This document shows positions 24,096 to 31,794 of a stretch of DNA of 43,547 bases, piece by piece. A model generated the notes under the pieces. It was not told where the DNA came from. It searched no databases and saw only the letters and a list, made by a program, of their open reading frames with translations. Source of the stretch: Thermoanaerobaculia bacterium (GTDB lineage Bacteria; Acidobacteriota; Thermoanaerobaculia; Gp7-AA8); NCBI GenBank assembly GCA_023700825.1, contig JAMPYE010000001.1:1-43547 (forward strand), written 5' to 3'. The stretch's first letter is position 1, and every line of letters begins with the position of its first letter. The position numbers and the translations under genes are program-made.

Positions 24096-25775
24096 ATGAT
24101 GAATCGATTCGCTCTCGCACTTTCCATTCTGCTGATCGCCGCCTGCACGAATCCCCCGGCGCAACCCGGCGCGGCCACGACCTCCGACACACTGCTGATT
24201 CACGGTGGCATCGCGTGGATCGGGCCCGATCAGCGACCGTCACCCGGCAGCGCGATCGTCGTTCGTAAAGGACGGATCGACTTCGTCGGCCCGCTCGCCG
24301 AAGCCGAGCGCCGCGCGCCCGGAGCCCGAAGGCTCGACGCGGCGGGAATGACGGTCCTCCCCGGTCTCGTCGACTCGCACGCGCACGTCGACGGACTCGG
24401 CACGGTGCTCGACACGGTCGACCTGACGGGAACCAAGTCGGTCGACGAGGTGATCGCACGCATCGCGGAGTACGCGAAGACCGTGCCGGCCGGATCGTGG
24501 ATCACCGGCCGCGGCTGGGACCAGAACGATTGGCCGGTGCGTGAGTATCCGACTGCTGCGCTCCTCGACGCCGCGGTCCCCGATCATCCCGTCTGCGTTT
24601 CCCGCGTCGACGGCCACGCCTCGCTCGCGAACAGTGCGGCGATGAAACTCGCGGGCATCGACGCGACGACGAAGGATCCCGAGGGAGGCAGAATTCTCCG
24701 CGACGCGTCGGGCGCTCCGAGCGGCGTGTTCATCGACAACGCGGAAGGGCTCGTCGAACGCGTCATCTCCGAGCCCTCGCGCGAGGTCCGTAAGGCGCGG
24801 CTGCGAAAGGCGCTCGAGAACCTCGCTTCACACGGGCTCACCGGAGCGCACGAGGCGGGCTCCCGCGGCCCCGACGAGTTGATCGCGCTCTATCGCGAGC
24901 TCATCGACGAAGGCGCGATGCCGACTCGCGTCTACTACATGCTCCCGGCCGACGACGCGCTGCTCGACACCTGGATCGCGAGCGGCCCGCTCGTCGACTT
25001 CGGCTACAAACTGACGGTCCGCTCCGTGAAGATCTACGCCGACGGCGCCCTTGGAAGCCGCGGCGCGGCGATGCTCGAGCCTTACTCCGACGAGCCGTCG
25101 AGGAAAGGCCTGCTGGTCACGCAACCCGAGCAGGTCGAAACGATCGCGAAGCGCGCAGCCGACGCCGGATTCCAGGTCGCGACACACGCCATCGGCGACC
25201 GCGGCGTGCGAATCGCCCTCGACGCGTACGCCAAGGCCGGCGCGAAGGCCGAAGACCGCTTCCGCATCGAGCACTTCCAGGTCGCGGCGCTCGATGACAT
25301 CGACCGCCTCGCGAAGATGGGCGTGATCGCCGCGATGCAGCCGACACACGCGACCTCCGACATGCCGTGGGCCGAGGAGCGCGTCGGCCCCGAGCGCATC
25401 AAGGGCGCGTACGCGTGGCGGAAGGTCCTCGACGCAGGGGGGCGCCTCGCCCTCGGCTCGGACTTTCCCGTCGAGCACGTCAATCCGTTCTACGGAATCC
25501 ACTCGGCCGTCACCCGCCAGGATCACGACGGCCATCCGCCGGGCGGATGGACTCCTTCCGAGAAGCTCTCGCTCGCCGAAGCCGTCCGCGGCTTCACGCT
25601 CGACCCCGCCTTCGCCGCCTTCGAGGACGAGACGCGCGGCACGATCGAAGCGGGCAAGTGGGCCGACTTCACGATCGTCGACGGCGACTTCGCGAATGCG
25701 CCCGCGAGCGAGATCTGGAAGACCAAGGTTCGTTACACCATCGTCAACGGCGAGATCGCGTACAAGGGGAAGTGA
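24096..25775 (+). CDS. Amidohydrolase-family metallohydrolase (Amidohydro_3-like), lipoprotein
   Basis: 559 aa with a lipobox (LLIAAC). LPGLVDSHAHVDG carries the HxH metal motif. Late HATSD and GSDFPVE segments follow. The substrate is unknown. Confidence 0.75.
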   Translation: MMNRFALALSILLIAACTNPPAQPGAATTSDTLLIHGGIAWIGPDQRPSPGSAIVVRKGRIDFVGPLAEAERRAPGARRLDAAGMTVLPGLVDSHAHVDGLGTVLDTVDLTGTKSVDEVIARIAEYAKTVPAGSWITGRGWDQNDWPVREYPTAALLDAAVPDHPVCVSRVDGHASLANSAAMKLAGIDATTKDPEGGRILRDASGAPSGVFIDNAEGLVERVISEPSREVRKARLRKALENLASHGLTGAHEAGSRGPDELIALYRELIDEGAMPTRVYYMLPADDALLDTWIASGPLVDFGYKLTVRSVKIYADGALGSRGAAMLEPYSDEPSRKGLLVTQPEQVETIAKRAADAGFQVATHAIGDRGVRIALDAYAKAGAKAEDRFRIEHFQVAALDDIDRLAKMGVIAAMQPTHATSDMPWAEERVGPERIKGAYAWRKVLDAGGRLALGSDFPVEHVNPFYGIHSAVTRQDHDGHPPGGWTPSEKLSLAEAVRGFTLDPAFAAFEDETRGTIEAGKWADFTIVDGDFANAPASEIWKTKVRYTIVNGEIAYKGK

Positions 25776-25839
25776 GGGGGCGGTCGAGCCGGACGGCCTA
25801 ACGCGCGAGCGGAGCATTACACGAAAACCGGTGCGTGTG

Positions 25840-25861
25840 GCGCAGGCACTCTTGCCTGCGC
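25840..25861. repeat. REP-like GC hairpin, copy 1
   Basis: gcgcaggca-ctct-tgcctgcgc: a perfect 9-bp stem in the convergent intergenic region. Confidence 0.6.
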
Positions 25862-25922
25862 GTCGCCGACGGCGGCCCTCAAACTCCGGATTGGTGCGTC
25901 GACAGGGGGGCTTTGCGCCGCG

Positions 25923-25942
25923 CGCAGGCAAGCGTGCCTGCG
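25923..25942. repeat. REP-like GC hairpin, copy 2
   Basis: cgcaggca-agcg-tgcctgcg: the same stem sequence as copy 1, about 80 bp away in the same orientation. Confidence 0.6.
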
Positions 25943-25969
25943 GCACATGAAAGCCCGCGGCGACACCCG

Positions 25970-26377
25970 CTACCGCACCAGCGCCGCGACGGTCGTCACC
26001 GCGAGCTGCGCGACGACCACCCATGCCTGCGACACCAGAAGCCGCCGCGCTCCGCGGCATCGGTCGGCGATGCTCCGCGCGACCCCTCCCGCCTTCCCGC
26101 CCGTGATCGAGCGCAACGCGGCGTCGAGGTCCGCGACCTCGAGGCGGCCCTCGGCGAGATCATCGAACAGTCGGCGATCGAGCCCCACGCGAAAACCGAA
26201 GTACCTCCCGACGAGCCCGAGCGCCAGAGTCGCAATCGAAGCCGGCTGCCATCCGAAACCGAATAGCAATGCCGCGGCCGCAAGCCCCGTGAGCCCCGCC
26301 GAGATCAGGTCGGTCCGGCCGCCGGCGCCTAACATCTCCGCGGTAACCCTCGCTTCCGCCCGTTCCTCGGGAGTCAC
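25970..26377 (-). CDS. Hypothetical small membrane protein (last gene of the lipid operon)
   Basis: 135 aa with about 3 hydrophobic helices. The GTG start overlaps the upstream TGA (GTGA at 26374-26377). Confidence 0.5.
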   Translation of the reverse strand: MTPEERAEARVTAEMLGAGGRTDLISAGLTGLAAAALLFGFGWQPASIATLALGLVGRYFGFRVGLDRRLFDDLAEGRLEVADLDAALRSITGGKAGGVARSIADRCRGARRLLVSQAWVVVAQLAVTTVAALVR

Positions 26378-27687
26378 GTCAACTCCTCGAGGGCGGAGCG
26401 GAGCCCGGGGTAGACGACGAGCGCGGGCCGCGCCTCACGAACCATCCGGATCGCGGCGTCGACGTCTGCCGCGCGCCCGGTCGCGACGAGCCATGCGACG
26501 ACCGCCGAGGCGCTGCGCGAGAGGCCGACGGCGCAGCACACGAGCACGGGGCCCTGCGCCCGCGCCTCTTCGATCGCGGCGACCGCATCGCGGAGCTTCT
26601 CCGATGGCGGCACGGTGAGATCGAGCACCGGGATCGAGCGATAGCGCTGACCCTTCGCAACGGCGAAAGGCAGTTCGGCCGACAGATCGACGATTGCGGC
26701 GAAGCTTTCACGATCGCCGTCGAGCGGGCCGCGAATGCGTCCGACGGAGACACCGTCGGCCACGATGCCGGACTTCGGACGCCAGGCGTTGCGAATTCGC
26801 GAGTTCATCCAGGCGCCGAAGAAGTACGGCGCGAGCAATCCCCACGCGCCCACGCTCATCGTGCCGCGCGGAGTCTTCTGGAATCCGCGCTCACCGATCG
26901 CGAGATAGTTGAGCGCGACCACGTACAGAGAGCCGGCCGGCCAGAACATCCAGAGCCAGGAGCCTCCGAGGAGGGACGGAATGGCCACCACCACGGCGCC
27001 GAGCGCGTAGATCGCGGCGAGACGTTTCCTCTGCGCGTCGCTCGCGACCGACATTCCCGCGAGCGGCGAGCGCGTCCCCTCCGGGAGCGCCCAGAGAATC
27101 GCGAAGCCGACCGCGAGTCCCGTCGGGATGTCGATGAAGTGATGCTGGTAGGTGGTCAGGACCGACACCCCGACGAGGAGCATCCAGACGTGCAGCACGA
27201 CGCGCAGCCACATCGGCCGCGTGTGAGCCGCGAGGCGGACCCAGATCAGGACGAGCAGACTGATGTGGAGCGACGGCGCCTGGTTGAACGGCTTGTCGAA
27301 GCTGCCTAACGCCGTAAAGAGCGCGCCGTAGATGCCGTCGGCCGCTGGGCGATCGAACGAGAACCGAAGGGGAAACGCGATGAAGCAGGCGACCGAGATC
27401 AGCTGCGCGGCGAGGAGGCGCTGCGCGTGCCGGTCGAGCTCGCGGCGCGTCGCGCAGATCAGCAGCGAGAGCCCGTAGAAGAGATCGATCGACCAGTAGG
27501 GAACGATCGTCCAGGGGACGAACGGAATCGCATGCTCCCAGCCGTACGCAATCGACCCAACGCCGAGCCTCCGGCTCGCGAGCGTGTTCGCGAGACCGTA
27601 GCTCGCGAAGAAGAAGGGCCCGAGCAGCGCGAGCCATCCAAGCGCGCGAAGCAGGGGCCGCTTTTCTGCTGCGCCGCCGTCGCTCAT
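26374..27687 (-). CDS. PAP2-like phosphatase / dual-specificity (Cys-based) phosphatase fusion protein
   Basis: ORF trimmed to the ATG at 27685-27687 (ATGA overlap). The N-terminal polytopic domain has PSLH and HHFID (PAP2 motifs 2 and 3). The C-terminal domain has VCCAVGLSRS, a CX5R(S) P-loop. Confidence 0.75.
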   Translation of the reverse strand: MSDGGAAEKRPLLRALGWLALLGPFFFASYGLANTLASRRLGVGSIAYGWEHAIPFVPWTIVPYWSIDLFYGLSLLICATRRELDRHAQRLLAAQLISVACFIAFPLRFSFDRPAADGIYGALFTALGSFDKPFNQAPSLHISLLVLIWVRLAAHTRPMWLRVVLHVWMLLVGVSVLTTYQHHFIDIPTGLAVGFAILWALPEGTRSPLAGMSVASDAQRKRLAAIYALGAVVVAIPSLLGGSWLWMFWPAGSLYVVALNYLAIGERGFQKTPRGTMSVGAWGLLAPYFFGAWMNSRIRNAWRPKSGIVADGVSVGRIRGPLDGDRESFAAIVDLSAELPFAVAKGQRYRSIPVLDLTVPPSEKLRDAVAAIEEARAQGPVLVCCAVGLSRSASAVVAWLVATGRAADVDAAIRMVREARPALVVYPGLRSALEELT

Positions 27688-29435
27688 GCCTTCCGAACCG
27701 CCAGCGAGACGGTGAAGATCCCCCACTCGTCGATTCGCTGCGCGACTTTTCGGAATCCCGCGCGCTCGACGAGCTGGTCCATCTCCGCCTGCGTCCTTCG
27801 CCGCATCACCCACGCCGCGCCACCGCGATGGCTGGTCAGCGCTCTCGCGATGAGTTCGAGCTGCGGATGCCACGGCTGCCCCGTATAGACGAGCATTCCC
27901 CCCTCGGGGACCGCGTCGGCGATGCCGGCGAGCGAGCGGCCGACCATCTCGTTGTCGGGGAAGAGCTCGTAAAGGCCCGAGACAATCGCGAGCGTCGGAC
28001 GCGGGTCGACCGACGCCAGGCTCGCGCGATCGAACGCGTCGCCCTTTACGAAGCGTGCGATGTCGCCGAGCCCCTTCTCCTTGATGAGTTTCGCTCCGGC
28101 TTCGACGTTGATGTCGCTGTAGTCGCGCAGCAGGATCGAGTCGGGACGGACCTCGCCCGAATCGATCGCCTCGAGCGCGTAGCGTCCGTGCCCGGCCGCG
28201 ACGTCCATCACGCGGACCGGCTTTCCTTCCTCGCGAAGACGCCGCGTCGCGATGCGCAGCAGCTCCTCCACGTGGATCTTTCTCTGGCGGATGCCGCGCC
28301 ATCCGATCGAGTTGAGGTAGTTGCGGTCGATGAGCCTGCCGATCGGCCCGATGCCCGCCGGCCTGTTCCGGTACACGTAGTCGAGCGTGCTGCCGGAGTC
28401 GAAGCCCGTCTCGTGTCCGAGCTTCACGCCTTCGGAGAGCGCGCCGCCGAGCTTCATCGACGCGCGCGTCGCGCTCCAGTAAAGCCCGCGCGGCGAGAGC
28501 GGCGAGAGGGGCGCCGCGAGCCTGTCCGACTCTTCTTTCGTCGCGCCCGAAAGATGCGCGTTCGTCAAGTCGACGAACTTCCGCGGCTCCGCGAAGCGCG
28601 CCGTCACGAACGCGCGGATCTTCTCGACCACCGGCGCGCGGTCGCGCTCGCCGAGCGTGTCGTGGAAGAAGCCCGGGATGACGTGCCTCTCCTTCACCGG
28701 GCTCCCGAGCTTGTCGAAAAACTCGTGCTGCGGGCCGTGATGGACGACCCAGTCGGCGCCCGAGACGAGCAACTGCACGGGAACGGTAATCGCGTTCGCA
28801 TCGGCGACGATCCGCTCCGCCGTCTCGTAGAGCGCGACGAGGATGTTGACCGAGATCGGGCGGGAGATCAGCGGGTCGCTCTCGTACGACGCGATGCGCT
28901 CCGGATCGTGCGTGAGGAACTTCGCCTTCACATAGCTGTTGACGTAGAAGTTCCCTCGCAGCTTCTGCATCAGCGCGAGGCCCGGCCGCGCGAACGGAAC
29001 GTAGAGCTTCACCTTGAACGCCGGCGACGCGAGCACCGCGCAGCGGATGCGCGGTGCGTAGTCGTGGAGCCAGGTCGAGACGAGCACGGCGCCGACGCTC
29101 TGCGCGATGACCGCCACGTCCTCGACCGCGCAGCCCGCCTGCGCCGCCGCGTGCTCGACGAAGTCGTTCACGTCGCGCACCGACGTGCCGAGGCTCGGGC
29201 TGAATCCTCTCGGACCCGGGGATCGGCCGTGGCCGCGCGCGTCCCAGGCGAAAAACTCGAACTCGCCCAACCCGAGCTCGTCGACGAGATGCATCATCCG
29301 ACCCGAATGCTCGTGACCGCGATGGAAGAGGACGATCGCCCCCGCCTTCCGCGTTCCCGGCTCGACCGGCCAGTGACGATAGAAGAGCTCGACGCCGTCG
29401 AACGTGCGGAAGCTCCGCTCCTCGACCCGCCTCAT
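27684..29435 (-). CDS. Alpha/beta hydrolase (lysophospholipase-like) / class I SAM methyltransferase fusion protein
   Basis: ORF trimmed to the ATG at 29433-29435 (ATGA overlap). FHRGHEHSGRM and the IAQSVGA elbow sit in the N-terminal half. VRVMDVAAGHGRY (SAM motif I) sits in the C-terminal half. Confidence 0.75.
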   Translation of the reverse strand: MRRVEERSFRTFDGVELFYRHWPVEPGTRKAGAIVLFHRGHEHSGRMMHLVDELGLGEFEFFAWDARGHGRSPGPRGFSPSLGTSVRDVNDFVEHAAAQAGCAVEDVAVIAQSVGAVLVSTWLHDYAPRIRCAVLASPAFKVKLYVPFARPGLALMQKLRGNFYVNSYVKAKFLTHDPERIASYESDPLISRPISVNILVALYETAERIVADANAITVPVQLLVSGADWVVHHGPQHEFFDKLGSPVKERHVIPGFFHDTLGERDRAPVVEKIRAFVTARFAEPRKFVDLTNAHLSGATKEESDRLAAPLSPLSPRGLYWSATRASMKLGGALSEGVKLGHETGFDSGSTLDYVYRNRPAGIGPIGRLIDRNYLNSIGWRGIRQRKIHVEELLRIATRRLREEGKPVRVMDVAAGHGRYALEAIDSGEVRPDSILLRDYSDINVEAGAKLIKEKGLGDIARFVKGDAFDRASLASVDPRPTLAIVSGLYELFPDNEMVGRSLAGIADAVPEGGMLVYTGQPWHPQLELIARALTSHRGGAAWVMRRRTQAEMDQLVERAGFRKVAQRIDEWGIFTVSLAVRKA

Positions 29436-30061
29436 CGAACCTCCGGCCCGGCAGCGCCGGCCTTGTCTGCGAGTTCCTTCAACCCGTTCTTCACGCGATT
29501 CACCGACGTGAGCGCCGCCAGCCCGGCGATCGCCCAGACGATCCAGTGCGCCCACTCCGGAAGTACGGTCGTCACGGCGATCCAGATTGCGAGCAGCGAG
29601 AAAACGAACGCGCGGTCGCTCTTGCCCATCGGACCGTCGTAGCGCCGCGACGCGCCCGTCATCACCGCGACGGTCCCGGTCATCTCCGAGAGCGCCGACG
29701 CGAAGATCGCTGCACAGATGGGGCGCCAGTCGAGCGGCGCGACGAAGGCGAACGGAAGGTAGAGCGCGGCGTCGGAGACGACGTCGGAGAGCTCGTTTAG
29801 GTACGCACCGAGCGACGACTTCTGACCGAACTCGCGCGCCAGCATGCCGTCGACGGCGTTGAGCGCCATCCGCAACAGCATCCAGACCGGGATCGCCGCG
29901 AACCAGACGCGCGGCCCGCCGATCAGCGCCAGGCCGATCGAAACCGACACGACCCACGCGGTCACCGTCACCTGGTTCGCCGTGACCCCGGCGCCGTACA
30001 GCCGCCGGACGATCGGCCGGAGGATGGCCTGGAAGCGGGACTTGAGGGCGTAGATCGTCAT
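29432..30061 (-). CDS. CDP-alcohol phosphatidyltransferase family protein
   Basis: 209 aa, polytopic. DGMLAREFGQKSSLGAYLNELSDVVSD fits D-G-x2-A-R-x8-G-x3-D-x3-D. Confidence 0.85.
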   Translation of the reverse strand: MTIYALKSRFQAILRPIVRRLYGAGVTANQVTVTAWVVSVSIGLALIGGPRVWFAAIPVWMLLRMALNAVDGMLAREFGQKSSLGAYLNELSDVVSDAALYLPFAFVAPLDWRPICAAIFASALSEMTGTVAVMTGASRRYDGPMGKSDRAFVFSLLAIWIAVTTVLPEWAHWIVWAIAGLAALTSVNRVKNGLKELADKAGAAGPEVR

Positions 30062-30238
30062 GGGGAGTTGTTAGTTGTTAGTTGTTAGACGGTTTGCGCG
30101 CGAAGTCCGCTGTTCGCAATTGCCGCCAGAACCTCGATGCGCAACTGGGACCCTAATTCGTTTCGTCAATGTTGCCGGTCGCGATGCCTGTCTAACAACT
30201 AAAAACTAACAACTAACAACTCCCAACTAACAACTGCC
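30062..30238. repeat. Low-GC intercistronic element bounded by inverted heptad arrays (TTGTTAG)n / (CTAACAA)n
   Basis: The left arm at 30062-30090 is ggggagttgttagttgttagttgttagac. The right arm at 30190-30224 is gtctaacaactaaaaactaacaactaacaactccc. It equals the reverse complement of the left arm apart from one extra 7-nt unit. An unrelated ~99-nt core separates them. Confidence 0.8.
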
Positions 30239-31189
30239 TCATCCGAAGTAAAACCGCGTCACGTGAAAAAACACCGGCCCGGCGAAGCAGAGCGAGTCGA
30301 TCCGGTCGAGGACGCCTCCGTGCCCTTCGATGAGCGCACCGAAGTCCTTCACGCCGCTGTCGCGCTTGATCGCGGACATCGTCAGCCCTCCGGCGAACCC
30401 GAGGATCGTGATGAGCAGCGACATCCCCGCGGCCTGCAGCGGAGTGAACGGGGTGATCCACCAGAGTCCCGCGCCGAGCGCCGTCGCCGACAGCACGCCG
30501 CCGATCAGCCCCTCCCAGGTCTTGCTCGGGCTGATCGTGGGCGCGACCTTGTGCCGGCCGAAGAGCTTCCCCCAGACGTACTGCAGCACGTCGCTCATCT
30601 GGACGACGATCACGAGAAAGAGCAGGAGCCCCGCGTTGTTCGTGTAGCCCTTCAAGTCGAGCATGAGGAGCGCCGGCACGTGGCTCACGCAATAGACGCA
30701 GATCATCAGCGCGAACTGAATCTTCGCGGCGCGTTCGAGGAAGCGCTCCGGGTCGCCCGAAACCGCGATTCGAGCCGGGAGGAACAGGAAGGCCCAGACG
30801 GGGATGAAGATGCTGAAGAGGCCGTACCACTGGATTGCGACGAGCAAGTACTGGAACGGCACGACGATGAAGAAGATCCAGGAGAGCGCCATGTGGTCGC
30901 CGCGGCGCGTCGGCGTGAGCGTGACGAACTCGCGCAGCGCGAGGAACGAGAGAAGCGCGAAGAGCACGGTCGCGCCGATCACCCCCGTCGCGACGGCGGC
31001 CCCGAAGACCGCGACCATCATCCACCAGGCGCGGATCCGGGCGTTCAGGTTTGCGATCGTCGCGCGGCCGGCGTCGGTCGACGTCCGCTTCGAAAGCACG
31101 AAGCCGATCAGCGACGCGATCACCAGGAGCGCGCCGACACCGCCAAGCAGGTACGCCGTTTCTCTCGACAACGAAAATGCGAGACTCAT
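30239..31189 (-). CDS. cdsA: Phosphatidate cytidylyltransferase
   Basis: 316 aa, polytopic. SAIKRDSGVKDFGALIEGHGGVLDRIDS is the CdsA signature. ATGA overlap with plsC. Confidence 0.9.
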   Translation of the reverse strand: MSLAFSLSRETAYLLGGVGALLVIASLIGFVLSKRTSTDAGRATIANLNARIRAWWMMVAVFGAAVATGVIGATVLFALLSFLALREFVTLTPTRRGDHMALSWIFFIVVPFQYLLVAIQWYGLFSIFIPVWAFLFLPARIAVSGDPERFLERAAKIQFALMICVYCVSHVPALLMLDLKGYTNNAGLLLFLVIVVQMSDVLQYVWGKLFGRHKVAPTISPSKTWEGLIGGVLSATALGAGLWWITPFTPLQAAGMSLLITILGFAGGLTMSAIKRDSGVKDFGALIEGHGGVLDRIDSLCFAGPVFFHVTRFYFG

Positions 31190-31794
31190 CCCAGACGCTC
31201 CAGTTCTCCGCGAAGCCGCGCGAGGAAGTCTTCCTTCGTTTCACCCGTCCCGAGCCGAAGCGGCGGACCGAGCGTGATCGAGCTGAGCAGCGGAACCGGA
31301 ACGATCTCCCCTTTCGGAAGGATTCTGTTCAGGTTCTCGATCATCACCGGGACGAGGTCGACCTGCGGCTTTTTCGACGCCACGTGGAAGATGCCGCTCT
31401 TGAACGGCGCGATCGCCGTCCCGTCGCCCCGCGTCCCTTCGGGGAAGATGATCAGCGAGTCGCCCGCCTCGAGCGCGGCGACCATGTCGTCGACCGGGCT
31501 CCGTTCGCGGTTCTGCCCCGTCCTGTCGACGAGCACCGCGCGGAAGACCTCGCGCGCCAGGAAACGCCGAACCGCCGACTTGTCCCAGTAGTCCGATCCC
31601 GCGACCGGACGGGTCTTCGCGCGCTCGGCCGACGGAAGCGCCGACCAGAGCACGACGAAATCGAGATGGCTCGAGTGGTTTGCGAAGTAGACGCGCTGGC
31701 CCGCGGCGGGCTCGTACCCGGCGTAGCGCACGGTCGCGCCCGCGAGAAGGCGCGCGACACCCGCGATGAAGCCGGCGAGGATCCCGCCGCTCAA
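31186..31794 (-). CDS. plsC: 1-acyl-sn-glycerol-3-phosphate (lysophospholipid) acyltransferase
   Basis: 202 aa with NHSSHLD (HX4D) and FPEGTRG motifs. The TTG start directly abuts the PfkB TGA. Confidence 0.8.
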   Translation of the reverse strand: MSGGILAGFIAGVARLLAGATVRYAGYEPAAGQRVYFANHSSHLDFVVLWSALPSAERAKTRPVAGSDYWDKSAVRRFLAREVFRAVLVDRTGQNRERSPVDDMVAALEAGDSLIIFPEGTRGDGTAIAPFKSGIFHVASKKPQVDLVPVMIENLNRILPKGEIVPVPLLSSITLGPPLRLGTGETKEDFLARLRGELERLG

